This document shows positions 9,623 through 21,575 of a stretch of DNA of 64,000 bases, one piece after another. Position 1 is the first letter of the stretch; each line of letters opens with the position of its first letter. Under the pieces are notes generated by a model, which saw only the letters and a list, made by a program, of their open reading frames with translations, searched no databases and was not told where the DNA came from. The stretch is from an uncultured Gammaproteobacteria bacterium (GTDB taxonomy: Bacteria; Pseudomonadota; Gammaproteobacteria; Nitrosococcales; Methylophagaceae): assembly GCA_937900515.1 (NCBI GenBank), contig CALCCU010000165.1:416-64415 (forward strand), written 5' to 3'. A program made the position numbers and the translations under genes.

Positions 9623-11200
9623 TTATTCCCACTCAATCGTTGCTGGTGGTTTTCCTGAAATATCGTAGGTAACACGAGAGATACCATCTACTTCATTAAT
9701 AATTCTATTTGATACCAAACCTAAGAAATCATAAGGTAGGTGCGCCCAGCGAGCAGTCATGAAGTCAATGGTTTCAACGGCACGAAGTGATACAACATAG
9801 TCATAACGGCGACCATCGCCCATTACACCTACCGACTTTACAGGTAAGAATACAGTGAATGCTTGGCTCGTTTTATCGTATAAATCATGTTTATATAATT
9901 CATCGATAAAGATCTTGTCAGCCTTACGGAGTAAGTCTGCATATTCTTTTTTAACTTCGCCTAAAATACGAACACCAAGGCCAGGACCAGGGAAAGGATG
10001 GCGGTAAACCATATCTTTAGGTAAGCCTAGTTCAACACCTAATTTACGTACTTCATCTTTAAATAGTTCGCGTAATGGTTCAAGTAATTTCAGTGTCATG
10101 TGTTTTGGTAAACCACCCACATTGTGGTGTGATTTTATGACATGAGCTTTACCTGTTTTAGCTGCAGCAGACTCGATGACATCAGGGTAAATGGTTCCTT
10201 GAGCTAACCATTGAACATTTTCGATTTTATTGGATTCTTCTTCGAAAACTTCAACAAATACGCGACCAATAATTTTACGTTTTGCTTCTGGCTCATCTTC
10301 ACCTGCTAGTTCATCAAGGAAGCGTTTTTCAGCGTCAACGCGAATGACTTTGATACCCATGTTTTTAGCAAACATAGCCATTACTTGGTCGCCTTCATCT
10401 TGACGTAGTAGGCCATTATCTACAAATACACAAGTCAATTGAGTACCAATTGCTTTATGTAAAAGCGCCGCTACAACAGATGAATCAACACCACCTGAGA
10501 GACCTAATAAAACGTGATCTGTACCTACTTGTTTGCGAATAGTGTTAATACTATCTTCAACGATATGAGCTGATGTCCATAAGGTGTTACAGCCACAAAT
10601 TTCAGTTAAGAATCGTTCGATAATTCGCTGGCCCTGAAGAGTATGTGTTACTTCAGGGTGGAACTGTACGCCATAGAAGTTACGAGCTTCATCTGCCATA
10701 CCAGCAAAAGGAGCACTATCTGTGCTTGCAATGACTTTAAAGCCTTCAGGTAAAGCAGTAACTTTATCGCCATGGCTCATCCATACATCAAGTAAACCGT
10801 GGCCTTCTTCGTTGACATGATCTTCAATATCTCGGAATAAATTAGAGTGGCCGCGGGCACGAACTTGAGCATAACCGAATTCACGATGCTCTGAGGATTC
10901 AACTTGTCCACCTAGTTGCATTGCCATGGTTTGCATACCGTAGCAAATACCTAGAACAGGAATGTTGAGCTCAAATACAAAGGCAGGAGCAACAGGAGCA
11001 TCACCACCAATTGTTGAGTCAGGACCACCTGAAAGAATAATACCTTTTGGGTTAAATTCTTTGACTTCATCAGCAGTGATTTCAGGGTTTCTCAATTCAC
11101 AGTAAACGCCTGCTTCACGGATACGACGAGCAATAAGCTGTGTGTATTGTGAGCCAAAATCAAGAATAAGAATTCGGTGGTCGTGGATGTTATTGCTCAT
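9623..11200 (-). CDS. guaA: GMP synthase (glutamine-hydrolysing)
   Basis: 525 aa with a GATase domain (GICYGMQ), the ATP-PPase SGGVDSS motif, and the canonical C-terminus ...[10 protein letters not shown]. Confidence 0.97.
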   Translation of the reverse strand: MSNNIHDHRILILDFGSQYTQLIARRIREAGVYCELRNPEITADEVKEFNPKGIILSGGPDSTIGGDAPVAPAFVFELNIPVLGICYGMQTMAMQLGGQVESSEHREFGYAQVRARGHSNLFRDIEDHVNEEGHGLLDVWMSHGDKVTALPEGFKVIASTDSAPFAGMADEARNFYGVQFHPEVTHTLQGQRIIERFLTEICGCNTLWTSAHIVEDSINTIRKQVGTDHVLLGLSGGVDSSVVAALLHKAIGTQLTCVFVDNGLLRQDEGDQVMAMFAKNMGIKVIRVDAEKRFLDELAGEDEPEAKRKIIGRVFVEVFEEESNKIENVQWLAQGTIYPDVIESAAAKTGKAHVIKSHHNVGGLPKHMTLKLLEPLRELFKDEVRKLGVELGLPKDMVYRHPFPGPGLGVRILGEVKKEYADLLRKADKIFIDELYKHDLYDKTSQAFTVFLPVKSVGVMGDGRRYDYVVSLRAVETIDFMTARWAHLPYDFLGLVSNRIINEVDGISRVTYDISGKPPATIEWE

Positions 11201-11229
11201 AAGATTCTCTGTTGTAATCTGTGTAAAGG

Positions 11230-11266
11230 AAAAAAACCAGAGCCATAATCTATAGCTCTGGTTTTG
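11230..11266 (-). terminator. Intercistronic hairpin (attenuator/terminator-like) between guaB and guaA
   Basis: CCAGAGC-N11-GCTCTGG flanked by an A7 run and a T4 run. On the minus strand the T-run follows the stem. Confidence 0.4.
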
Positions 11267-11290
11267 ATTTCATTAAACTCGAATTTAAAA

Positions 11291-12805
<1,515 letters not shown>

Positions 12806-12828
12806 TTATAGGTTTTCTAAGCGTTTTT

Positions 12829-14325
12829 ATGGCAATAGATAACAATCCCAGCTTAGCAGCGCGTCCAGTTAAAGAGGTCTATGCCGTATCACGCTTAGTC
12901 CGCGAAGCTCGGGGCGTTTTGGAAGGCTCTTTTCCGCTAGTTTGGGTTGAAGGTGAAATTTCAAATCTTGCGATGCCTGCGTCAGGGCATATTTATTTCA
13001 CGCTAAAAGATGAAGTTGCGCAAGTTCGCTGTGCCATGTTTCGAACCCGTAATAGAAACCTTCGATTTACACCCAAAAATGGCTTGCAGGTGTTATTGCG
13101 AGTTAGAGTCACCTTATATGAAGGCCGTGGTGAGTTTCAACTAGTCGTTGAGCATATGGAAGAAGCGGGTAGCGGTGCCTTGCAGCGCGCTTATGATGCT
13201 TTAAAACATCGTTTGGGTGAGGAAGGTTTATTCGATCAGGCTCATAAGAAATCATTACCCTTATTACCGAGCCGTATAGGTATTATTTCATCGCCAGACG
13301 GTGCCGCAGTTCATGATATTTTAACGGTACTACATCGACGGTTTCCATCAGCGCAAGTGATTCTCTACCCAGTTGCCGTCCAAGGTGCTGATTCAGCTGT
13401 ACAACTTACTAAAGCTGTTAATTTAGCTGATAAAAGAAAGGAATGTGATGTTCTGATTATCGGACGAGGCGGTGGTTCACTGGAAGATTTGTGGAGCTTT
13501 AATGATGAGCAACTAGCGCGCGCATTATTCGCTTGTAAATTGCCAACTATCAGCGCTGTTGGTCATGAGGTCGATTTTTCCATTGCTGATTTTGTGGCCG
13601 ATGTGCGTGCCGCGACACCTTCTGCAGCGGCAGAGATTGCCGTCCCTGATGTACTTGAACTGACAGCTAAAATAAATAATTTTCATGGGCGTTTAACGGT
13701 ATTAATTCGCCACCGTCTACAAACTGAGTCTCACCAACTTAATTTATTAAAACAGCAATTACCCAACCCAGTTATTACGATTGCCAACAATATGCAGCAT
13801 GTAGATCGTATTGAACATCGTTTGCAGCGTGTTTGGGCACAATTAATGAGGGATAAACGTCAGCAAGTTGATTATTGGTCAGTACGGTTAACTCACCCTC
13901 AAGCTAAGATTGAGGCACAGCAGAATCGAGTATCTCAACGTGAATTACGCTTGCAGCAATTAATGCAGCAACAAATAGCTCAGAGACGGCACCGTTATGA
14001 AATGGTCTTACAGCGATTTAACGCTTTATCACCAGGGACAGAAATTAAAGAACAGAAGGCATTTATCGAGCAAACGACTAAAACACTTAATAGTGCGATT
14101 GCAAAATTGCTTGCAGGGCATAAATCGAGATTGGTAGCACAAATGAGGACGCTGGCAGCGGTAAGTCCTTTAAGTACTCTTGAGCGCGGATATAGCATTA
14201 GTTCTGTGGGGGCGACAAAGCAAGTTCTCGTGAATAGCCATCAAGTTGAACAGGGTCAGCACATCAACGTCAGACTGCAGCACGGTCAATTAGATTGTCA
14301 GGTAATGGTGGTGAAACATGACTAA
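12829..14325 (+). CDS. xseA: Exodeoxyribonuclease VII large subunit
   Basis: N-terminal OB fold (VWVEGEISN...SGHIYFTLKD), a catalytic region (RGGGSLEDLWSFNDE) and a long helical C-terminus. Divergent from guaBA, as in E. coli. Confidence 0.93.
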   Translation: MAIDNNPSLAARPVKEVYAVSRLVREARGVLEGSFPLVWVEGEISNLAMPASGHIYFTLKDEVAQVRCAMFRTRNRNLRFTPKNGLQVLLRVRVTLYEGRGEFQLVVEHMEEAGSGALQRAYDALKHRLGEEGLFDQAHKKSLPLLPSRIGIISSPDGAAVHDILTVLHRRFPSAQVILYPVAVQGADSAVQLTKAVNLADKRKECDVLIIGRGGGSLEDLWSFNDEQLARALFACKLPTISAVGHEVDFSIADFVADVRAATPSAAAEIAVPDVLELTAKINNFHGRLTVLIRHRLQTESHQLNLLKQQLPNPVITIANNMQHVDRIEHRLQRVWAQLMRDKRQQVDYWSVRLTHPQAKIEAQQNRVSQRELRLQQLMQQQIAQRRHRYEMVLQRFNALSPGTEIKEQKAFIEQTTKTLNSAIAKLLAGHKSRLVAQMRTLAAVSPLSTLERGYSISSVGATKQVLVNSHQVEQGQHINVRLQHGQLDCQVMVVKHD

Positions 14326-15172
14326 GGCAGCTATAGCTACTGTAATTATTTTACTGCTTAATTTTCACTTTGTATCTGCGAGTGAACTACCGCAACAATC
14401 TTTAGTACCCGGCGGAGTAGCTATTATTGCAATCAATGGTAGTGAGTCCAGTAAGCCAAAAGTAAGCTTTAATAATCGCCGAGTTATGGTAGTTAATAAA
14501 GAGCAGCAATGGTTTGCGGTAGTTGGAATTTCTTTATCAACAAAAGTCGGTCAACAATTTCTTGATGTGCAATCAGATCACAGAAATTATCAAATTGCTT
14601 TTATGGTGAGTGATAAGCAATATCCAACTCAGCACATAGAAATAAAAGATAAACGCAAGGTGAATCCGAACAATTACGATATGAAGCGCATCACATCAGA
14701 ACGAGCTCGAATTGATGGCGCTCTAGAAACTTGGACGGATGTTGAAAATATAGATTTTAATTTTATCTGGCCAATTGAAGGCCGAATTAGTGGTTTATTT
14801 GGTCGGAGGCGCGTTTTTAATGGGCAACCTCGCAAGCCTCACAGTGGAATGGATTTGGCTGCGCCAACAGGAACTCAAATTCATGCGCCTGCAGAGGGTG
14901 TTATCAGAAATACGGGAGAGTATTTCTTTAATGGCAATACTGTATTTATTGATCATGGCCAAGGTTTAGTGACGATGTTTTGTCATATGAATAAAATCCT
15001 CGTTGAGGATGGCCAAATTATCAAGCAAGGCGAAGTGATCGGTACTGTTGGAATGACGGGGCGAGTCACTGGACCACACTTACACTTTGGTGTGAGCTTA
15101 AATGATGAACGTGTTGAGCCACGATTATTCTTTCCTATGAGACCATCTATGGAAGGAGATGATTTAGAGTAG
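14318..15172 (+). CDS. M23 family metallopeptidase
   Basis: Signal peptide plus the HSGMDLAAP...DHGQGLVTMFCH...GPHLHFGV zinc-binding motifs of LytM/M23. Overlaps xseA by 8 nt. Confidence 0.87.
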   Translation: MTKAAIATVIILLLNFHFVSASELPQQSLVPGGVAIIAINGSESSKPKVSFNNRRVMVVNKEQQWFAVVGISLSTKVGQQFLDVQSDHRNYQIAFMVSDKQYPTQHIEIKDKRKVNPNNYDMKRITSERARIDGALETWTDVENIDFNFIWPIEGRISGLFGRRRVFNGQPRKPHSGMDLAAPTGTQIHAPAEGVIRNTGEYFFNGNTVFIDHGQGLVTMFCHMNKILVEDGQIIKQGEVIGTVGMTGRVTGPHLHFGVSLNDERVEPRLFFPMRPSMEGDDLE

Positions 15173-15175
15173 TGC

Positions 15176-16138
15176 TTAGTGTGGTGGAATATGATGATGT
15201 GTAAGACTTTCACCACAATGGGGACAGTGTTTGAAAGCTGTTGATGTTAGGTGGCCTGAACCTGATAATCGAATTAATGATTTACTTTCTTTTACGCTGA
15301 GCCCAAGCTCTATTCGAAGGTGTTCAAGATCACGCAGCTCTTCATGGGTGAGTCGGCCATCATCAGATAAAGATGTAATCACTTTGGCTTGAAATTCATC
15401 ACGCCTGTTTTGCATTTCAGTTGTGAAACCGCTCGCAAGAATACCGGCAGGTAAAGCTGCAATCCCTACACCTAGTATTGTAATAACGATGCTTATAGCT
15501 TTACCCATCAGTGTAACTGGCACAACATCACCATAGCCCACGGTTGTTATAGTAATTGTGGCCCACCACATTGCTTGTGGAATGGATCCAAAATCCTCTG
15601 GTTGAACATTACGTTCGACTAGGTACATTGCCGCAGAAGAAAAAATAATGAGTACTAATAAAAAGCTTAGGGCTGAAACAATACCCGCTATTTCATTTTT
15701 TATTACTTGTATCAAGGTACTCAGGGAGCTTGAGTAGCGGGTTAATTTGAGCAGTCGTAGTAAACGTATCGCTCGTAGATAACGAGTATCGATTTGGATG
15801 AACAGGCCTAGGTAGAAAGGCGCAATAGCCAATAGGTCTATAAGGGCGAGTGGACTGAGTATATAACGCCCGCGACTTTTCCAAGGGGTTAAAGGGTTTA
15901 ATTCTGCCGAGCTCCAGACGCGAGCAATATATTCAATACTAAATATAACTATAGATAGCTGCTCAAAGGTATGGAACCAACTTTTATATTCTTTATGTAT
16001 TTCAGGTACGGTTTCAACAAAAAGAATTACTAAGGTCAGTATTATCAAGCTTATGATACTGATGTTTATGAGCCGAGCGAAACCATTTTGCTCATGCTCT
16101 AATAGTTGAAAAATACGATGTCTGAAAGAGTTTTCCAT
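15176..16138 (-). CDS. Voltage-gated-type potassium channel (6TM, ion_trans family) with C-terminal cytoplasmic extension
   Basis: S4-like LRAIRLLRLLKLTRY and the selectivity filter TTVGYGD. The C-terminal ~90 aa end in HCPHCGESLTHHHIPPH. Confidence 0.8.
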   Translation of the reverse strand: MENSFRHRIFQLLEHEQNGFARLINISIISLIILTLVILFVETVPEIHKEYKSWFHTFEQLSIVIFSIEYIARVWSSAELNPLTPWKSRGRYILSPLALIDLLAIAPFYLGLFIQIDTRYLRAIRLLRLLKLTRYSSSLSTLIQVIKNEIAGIVSALSFLLVLIIFSSAAMYLVERNVQPEDFGSIPQAMWWATITITTVGYGDVVPVTLMGKAISIVITILGVGIAALPAGILASGFTTEMQNRRDEFQAKVITSLSDDGRLTHEELRDLEHLRIELGLSVKESKSLIRLSGSGHLTSTAFKHCPHCGESLTHHHIPPH

Positions 16139-16157
16139 TATTTATGATATTACTACG

Positions 16158-16883
16158 TTAAAGTTTGAAATCACGACCAAGGTAGACTTTGAGAACATGC
16201 TTATCTTGCATTATTTCTTCAGGCGTACCTCTGGCGATGACTTCGCCTTCATTGAAGATATAGGCTCGTTCACATACTTTAAGTGTTTCTCTTACATTGT
16301 GATCGGTAATTAATATGCCAATACCTCGTTCAGCGAGGTCTTTAATAATACCTTGAATGTCGAGAACCGAAATGGGGTCAACACCAGCAAAGGGCTCATC
16401 AAGTAATATAAATTGTGGTTCCATCGCAAGTGCTCTGGCAATTTCAACTCTACGGCGTTCGCCGCCAGATAAGGCCATACCTAATGAGTCACGAATATGC
16501 TCAATATGGAAGTCAGCTAATAGTCTTTCAAGTAGCTCTGCTTTTTCATCAGAGCTAAGCTCAGTTCGCGTTTCAATAATCGCATAGATATTATCGCTTA
16601 CTGATAGCTTTCTAAATACAGATGCTTCTTGAGGTAAATAGCCGATCCCCAGCTGAGCACGCTTATGGATTGGATCGTGGGTTAATTCTTTTTGATCAAG
16701 GAAAATAGTACCTGTATCAACAACCACTAGGCCAACGATCATATAGAAGCTAGTTGTTTTACCAGCGCCATTAGGACCCAGTAAACCAACAATTTCACCA
16801 CTCTTGATTTCTAAAGATATGTCTTTCACGGCTTGGCGTGTGCCATAGCGCTTTGATAAAGCTTGTGCTGATAAAATGCTCAT
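16158..16883 (-). CDS. lptB: LPS export ABC transporter ATP-binding protein LptB
   Basis: Walker [10 protein letters not shown], signature LSGGERRR, Walker B ILLDEP. Positioned immediately after lptA. Confidence 0.95.
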   Translation of the reverse strand: MSILSAQALSKRYGTRQAVKDISLEIKSGEIVGLLGPNGAGKTTSFYMIVGLVVVDTGTIFLDQKELTHDPIHKRAQLGIGYLPQEASVFRKLSVSDNIYAIIETRTELSSDEKAELLERLLADFHIEHIRDSLGMALSGGERRRVEIARALAMEPQFILLDEPFAGVDPISVLDIQGIIKDLAERGIGILITDHNVRETLKVCERAYIFNEGEVIARGTPEEIMQDKHVLKVYLGRDFKL

Positions 16884-16902
16884 GCGGGAATATCGTTCCT
16901 AA

Positions 16903-17715
16903 TTAGTTACTTTCTCTAAGGTAACGACGCGACACCCAGCCAATTATGGCTTTTTCTTTATACATGCCTCTAACTTGCACCCATTTTTTTTGCTCAGTTA
17001 GGATATAAACTAAACTACCTGACGATAAAGTTCCGATTTTATTATATTGGGTACCGGGTCCGGTTCTGATATTTAAAGTCGTCGTGGTAGTTGCTGTTGG
17101 GTAACCTGCGACTTGCTTAGCTTCGATTATTTCCGGTTCCGAAGGTGTTTTTGAACTTATTTCTGGCTTTTTGCTGCTTGGATTTTTATTTTTACTGCCT
17201 GGTGGCTGAATGATGATATGAATCCGTTCTCTTTGCTGAGGTTTATCACCTGATGGTGCAGGTTTAGAGCTTGCATTAACCACATTTTTATTAATGTCAT
17301 ATTCGATGCGCGCACCGCTAAATTCGTCACCATTTTGCCATACATGACCTTTGCCTAATAAATAGATCATTTGTGTCTGAGCATGGTATTCCATTTGTAA
17401 GGCACGAGCTTTGACTGGCGATTCGCCTGGTTTTTGAATTTGTTGATATTTGGCTAAATTGCCTTGGGCGACCGCTTTGCTTAACTGCTTATTCTCATCA
17501 TAATAGAAAGTGATAATATCACCTTCTATTTTTAATGTTCCTTGAGTGAGAACGGCTGTACCTTTATATTGTGTAATGCCTTTAGCATCATCTAGTTGCG
17601 CATGGTCAGCTTCTATTTCGATAGGTTTTTCTTTATCACTAGGTAATGCCCAAGCAATGCTAGGAAGAATGATCAGCAGCAGTGTTAGTAGCTTATTTGG
17701 TCGGCGGAGCATCAT
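16903..17715 (-). CDS. lptA: LPS transport periplasmic protein LptA fused to a C-terminal SH3b-like domain
   Basis: Signal peptide and an OstA/LptA jellyroll (IEIEADHAQLDD...TLKIEGDIITFYY...). This is followed by a P/S/K-rich linker and an SH3_3-like module (LNIRTGPGTQYNKIGTLSSGSLVYILTEQKKWVQVRG...GWVSRRYL). It is 270 aa; E. coli LptA is roughly 185 aa. Confidence 0.8.
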   Translation of the reverse strand: MMLRRPNKLLTLLLIILPSIAWALPSDKEKPIEIEADHAQLDDAKGITQYKGTAVLTQGTLKIEGDIITFYYDENKQLSKAVAQGNLAKYQQIQKPGESPVKARALQMEYHAQTQMIYLLGKGHVWQNGDEFSGARIEYDINKNVVNASSKPAPSGDKPQQRERIHIIIQPPGSKNKNPSSKKPEISSKTPSEPEIIEAKQVAGYPTATTTTTLNIRTGPGTQYNKIGTLSSGSLVYILTEQKKWVQVRGMYKEKAIIGWVSRRYLRESN

Positions 17716-18271
17716 AATGTCCTTTTACTCTGGAATGAAGATTAATCGTTTTTTGTTTTAGTGAAGCATGCAAACCAACAGAATCAGTTATTCCATAAGG
17801 CGATTTCATCGTGACAGCAAGATCGGTATAAGCTGTATTATGCAATGTATCTAAATTTAATGCTTCTGTTTGTAGCTCAATTTCTGGATTAGCTGGCTGA
17901 GTAATGATGACGTTACCTGTTAGTAGTATGTCGTCACCTTTACCTACTGTATTGCCTTTATTAGCTGAGACCTGCCAAGTATCTTTACCTAATTCAATGA
18001 ATTGGGCAACGGGGTTGAAAATTTCCGTACTATCATCTTTAGGGTAATGCGCCATCTCCGTTCCAGTGATTACTCGTGAAGGATGACCTTGTATATCCAT
18101 TATGGTGAGCGTGAAATTGCTCATCGCATAATCGCTGGTTTTGTGAACTTCATTATTCACTTTTTTCTGCTCAGAGGGTGAATCACCATCTGAAATGAGC
18201 CATACAGTCAGTATCGCTACTATTAGCAGTACTGTTTTTGCGACTGGCGGGATGTTAGAAATGACGTTCAA
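17693..18271 (-). CDS. lptC: LPS export system protein LptC
   Basis: N-terminal TM anchor, a beta-jellyroll sequence, and the conserved position between kdsC and lptA. Confidence 0.8.
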   Translation of the reverse strand: MNVISNIPPVAKTVLLIVAILTVWLISDGDSPSEQKKVNNEVHKTSDYAMSNFTLTIMDIQGHPSRVITGTEMAHYPKDDSTEIFNPVAQFIELGKDTWQVSANKGNTVGKGDDILLTGNVIITQPANPEIELQTEALNLDTLHNTAYTDLAVTMKSPYGITDSVGLHASLKQKTINLHSRVKGHYDAPPTK

Positions 18272-18776
18272 TTTGGTCTTGCAGGTTACCCTGTCCTTCC
18301 ATTATTAATTCACAAACTTCTCGAGCTGCGCCTTTACCACCTTTAGAAGGGGTAATCCAATGTGCATGTTTTTTAACTATAGCATCAGCATCTTGAACGG
18401 CAATCGCAAGTCCAACACGGCTCATCACCGATAAATCAACCCAGTCATCACCTACATAGGCGCATTGTTCAGGTTTGAGGCCTAAACGATCAATAAGATC
18501 TTCAAAAGCGGGTAACTTTATTTGTTGACCTTGATAGAGATGATTAATTCCAAGGCTGTTGATACGGTGTTCTACAACTTTTGATGTTCTACCAGTAATA
18601 ATACCGATTTCGACACCTGTAAACTGAAGGAGACGCATACCGTGGCCATCGCGAGAATGAAATGCTTTGTATTCTTCACCATCATCGCCAATGATAATGC
18701 TGCCATCAGTCAGCACTCCATCGACATCAAAAATAACGAGTTTTATCTGTTTTGTTTTATCTAAAATACTTTGCAT
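18255..18776 (-). CDS. kdsC: 3-deoxy-D-manno-octulosonate 8-phosphate phosphatase
   Basis: HAD motif FDVDGVLTDG, ...GDDWVDL..., and 173 aa length, in the kdsD-kdsC context. Confidence 0.9.
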   Translation of the reverse strand: MQSILDKTKQIKLVIFDVDGVLTDGSIIIGDDGEEYKAFHSRDGHGMRLLQFTGVEIGIITGRTSKVVEHRINSLGINHLYQGQQIKLPAFEDLIDRLGLKPEQCAYVGDDWVDLSVMSRVGLAIAVQDADAIVKKHAHWITPSKGGKGAAREVCELIMEGQGNLQDQIERHF

Positions 18777-18790
18777 TCTTTTTCCTAATC

Positions 18791-19762
18791 TTAAACAACG
18801 CCAGCACGTAGTAAATCATGCATATTGATTGCACCAACCAGCTGTTGCTCATTATCTGTTATCAATAAGGCGTTAATTTTATGACGCTGCATTAACTCTA
18901 GTATTTCGGCCGCCAGCATTTCTGCTTGGCCTGTTTTACAGTTAATGGTCATAAAATCAGCAATTTTGTTGGTATGGATATCAATGGTCTGGGAAAGCAC
19001 GCGACGTAAATCACCATCGGTAAAAATACCAACTATGTGGTTTTTATCCATTACGGCTGTCATGCCAAGCCCTTTATCGGTCATTTCAACTAAGGCTTCT
19101 GAAATCAGGGCTTCGCAATTCACGGTAGGAATATTCTTGCCTGTATGCATAATGTCGCTAACATGTAGTAATAATCTGCGTCCTAAGTTGCCGCCTGGGT
19201 GCGATAAGGCAAAATCTTCAGCGGTAAAGCCGCGTGATTCGAGTAGAGCAATAGCAAGTGCATCGCCCATCACTAGCGCTGTTGTTGTACTTGATGTTGG
19301 TGCTAGACCGAGAGGGCATGCTTCTTTTTCAACGCTCACATCTATATGAACATTTGCACTTTGTGCTAATGGAGAGTGAGACTTACCTGTTAGAGCAATT
19401 AGAGGTACGCCTAAACGTTTGATGATTGGCAATATAGTGAGAATTTCACCTGTTTCACCTGAGTTTGATAAAGCGATAACCACATCTTTGTTCGTGATCA
19501 TTCCAAGGTCACCGTGGCTTGCTTCACCAGGATGAACGAAGAAGGCAGGGCTGCCTGTACTTGCTAATGTTGCAGCAATTTTTCCACCAATATGGCCAGA
19601 TTTACCCATTCCAATAACCACAATACGGCCTTCGCAGTTGAGTAAATATTGGCAAGCTTGGACAAATGAGTCATCAATACGGTTACGTAATGCAGATATA
19701 CTCTCAATTTCGGTGTTGATAACAGCTAGTCCGAGTGCTTTTAACTTGTCAGCTTCATTCAT
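18791..19762 (-). CDS. kdsD: Arabinose-5-phosphate isomerase
   Basis: SIS domain (GMGKSGHIG) followed by tandem CBS domains; 323 aa. Confidence 0.93.
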   Translation of the reverse strand: MNEADKLKALGLAVINTEIESISALRNRIDDSFVQACQYLLNCEGRIVVIGMGKSGHIGGKIAATLASTGSPAFFVHPGEASHGDLGMITNKDVVIALSNSGETGEILTILPIIKRLGVPLIALTGKSHSPLAQSANVHIDVSVEKEACPLGLAPTSSTTTALVMGDALAIALLESRGFTAEDFALSHPGGNLGRRLLLHVSDIMHTGKNIPTVNCEALISEALVEMTDKGLGMTAVMDKNHIVGIFTDGDLRRVLSQTIDIHTNKIADFMTINCKTGQAEMLAAEILELMQRHKINALLITDNEQQLVGAINMHDLLRAGVV

Positions 19763-19765
19763 CGT

Positions 19766-20749
19766 TTAGATGACTCCTTGGGAGTTCTGATATGCAAGTA
19801 AGCCATTGTAGCCGATATACGTTACTAGCATTAATGTGCCAGCTACTCTGCCTATTTTTCCTTGTCTGCCTGTCTTAGCAAATAAATAAAGTGCAATCGT
19901 GAGAACAAACATAAAAGAGAAGTCGCGAATTAACAACATCGGATCGATGGACGAGGCTTGAATTAGACCTGGCATAGCAAGTACAGCCAATAGATTAAAC
20001 ATATTGGATCCTAGGATATTACCGATGGCAATATCATGTTCGTTCTTTAATGCGGAAATTACTGATGCCGCAAGTTCAGGCAAGCTGGTACCTATCGCGA
20101 CGATAGTTAACCCTATAACTAAGTCACTAACTCCTAATAAATGAGCGACGCCCGTAGCTCCCCATACTAATGCTTTTGAGCCAATCAATAGTGCTGTAAG
20201 GCCAATCAAAAAGCTGGCAACCGCTTTTGGAGTAGACATTTTATGGGCTGCGGCTTCTTGCTCGAACTCCTGTTCTAGCTTGTCACTTTTACTACTGTGA
20301 ATGGCCAGATAGGCCATACCAAATAGTGTGATAATGAAACCTGAAAATAAAATTAAACCATCTTGGAAATCAAGTTCAAGATCCCAAACTAAGTAGGTAG
20401 CAACAGCCATTACAAACGCTAACATAGGAAATTCACGCTTCAATGTGTCTGAATGAACGGTTAGAGGCGTTACTAGAATGGTGATACCGAGAACTAAACC
20501 AATATTGGTAATATTGGAGCCAATAGCATTACCAATCCCCAGTGCGGGCACACCATCAAATGCAGCAAGTGCTGAAACTAACATTTCAGGTGCTGAGGTA
20601 CCAAAGCCAACAATAGTTAGACCAACAAGAAGGGGTGAGACGCCTAAGTTTGTTGCAATACTTGAGGCTCCTTCGACAAAACGATCTGCTCCCCAGATTA
20701 GGATGGCAAAACCAGCGAGTATGGCAACAATAAAGAGTGCTGTAGTCAT
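19766..20749 (-). CDS. yrbG: Calcium/sodium antiporter (YrbG family)
   Basis: Two alpha-repeat motifs (GTSAPE and GTSLPEL) in a polytopic 327-aa protein, upstream of kdsD as in enterics. Confidence 0.85.
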   Translation of the reverse strand: MTTALFIVAILAGFAILIWGADRFVEGASSIATNLGVSPLLVGLTIVGFGTSAPEMLVSALAAFDGVPALGIGNAIGSNITNIGLVLGITILVTPLTVHSDTLKREFPMLAFVMAVATYLVWDLELDFQDGLILFSGFIITLFGMAYLAIHSSKSDKLEQEFEQEAAAHKMSTPKAVASFLIGLTALLIGSKALVWGATGVAHLLGVSDLVIGLTIVAIGTSLPELAASVISALKNEHDIAIGNILGSNMFNLLAVLAMPGLIQASSIDPMLLIRDFSFMFVLTIALYLFAKTGRQGKIGRVAGTLMLVTYIGYNGLLAYQNSQGVI

Positions 20750-20771
20750 GAGTTCTATGAGTCAAAAATTA

Positions 20772-20801
20772 ATAAAAAAAGCCGAACTTAAAAGTCCGGC
20801 T
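20772..20801 (-). terminator. Rho-independent terminator downstream of mlaA
   Basis: Read on the minus strand: GCCGGAC-TTTTAA-GTTCGGC followed by TTTTTTTATT. Confidence 0.5.
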
Positions 20802-20849
20802 TTATATTATATGTTGCTAGCAACATAATGTCTTATTCAGCTGTAATTC

Positions 20850-21575
20850 CTAATCAGAAAACACATCAAAATCTTCTTCTGGTGGGTTGCCATCATAGAC
20901 AAGGTTAAGTCTTCGTTGTGTATAAGCATTACGGACGTAGCTATATTCATCTGTAGTGGCTTCGTCTAACACTTTACTAGCACCTAATAAACCCGCACGT
21001 TTTTCTACGAGGCCAGTGATAGTTAATGCATTACGTGTGCTTGTATCATCGATATAAGTGATAGGGTGAGTATACATATCACCAACTAAACCAAATGAGT
21101 CTCTAAAATTACGAGGTCCAAATATAGGTAAAACAACATAAGGGCCAGGTTGAACACCCCAGTAACCTAGTGTTTGACCAAAGTCTTCATTATTAGCTGT
21201 ATGGCCCGCATGACCCGCGACATCAAAGATACCACCGAAACCGACGGTTGTATTTAGTGCTAAGCGGCCAAAATCATCAGCGGCTTGTCCAAATTTAAAT
21301 TGCAACAGATCATTTATAACAACGCCTACTTCAGATAGGTTTTGGAAAAAGTTTCCAATACCCCAAATAATAGGTTCAGGAAGAACTGTATCGTAGACTT
21401 GAGCTGCGGGTTTAATGATTGCTTTATCCATTGCATCATTAAAACTGTACATTGCTCGGTTGTAGCCTTCTAAAGGGTCATTTACCCCGTCTACTTGTTG
21501 TGTTGTGGCACAACCACTTGTTACTGCTAGCGCACCTAAAAGGGCTAGCTTTGATGTTAATTTTAGCTTACGCAT
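20850..21575 (-). CDS. mlaA: Phospholipid-binding lipoprotein MlaA (VacJ)
   Basis: Lipobox LAVTSGC and conserved DPLEGYNRAMYSFND...NLSEVGVVINDLLQ... of the VacJ family. Confidence 0.87.
   Translation of the reverse strand: MRKLKLTSKLALLGALAVTSGCATTQQVDGVNDPLEGYNRAMYSFNDAMDKAIIKPAAQVYDTVLPEPIIWGIGNFFQNLSEVGVVINDLLQFKFGQAADDFGRLALNTTVGFGGIFDVAGHAGHTANNEDFGQTLGYWGVQPGPYVVLPIFGPRNFRDSFGLVGDMYTHPITYIDDTSTRNALTITGLVEKRAGLLGASKVLDEATTDEYSYVRNAYTQRRLNLVYDGNPPEEDFDVFSD

Noticed and set aside
18945-19349. 134-aa plus-strand ORF inside kdsD
   Set aside because: It is antisense to kdsD, which is unambiguous, so this is a shadow ORF. The same reasoning applies to 20478..20828 (opposite yrbG), 7166..7513 (opposite gnd) and 54967..55284 (opposite the GGDEF-EAL gene).
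20811-20826. Perfect 16-bp palindrome ATGTTGCTAGCAACAT just downstream of mlaA
   Set aside because: It sits between the mlaA stop and the terminator hairpin. It is probably part of the 3' end structure, and there is no second copy or nearby regulator gene to support an operator role.
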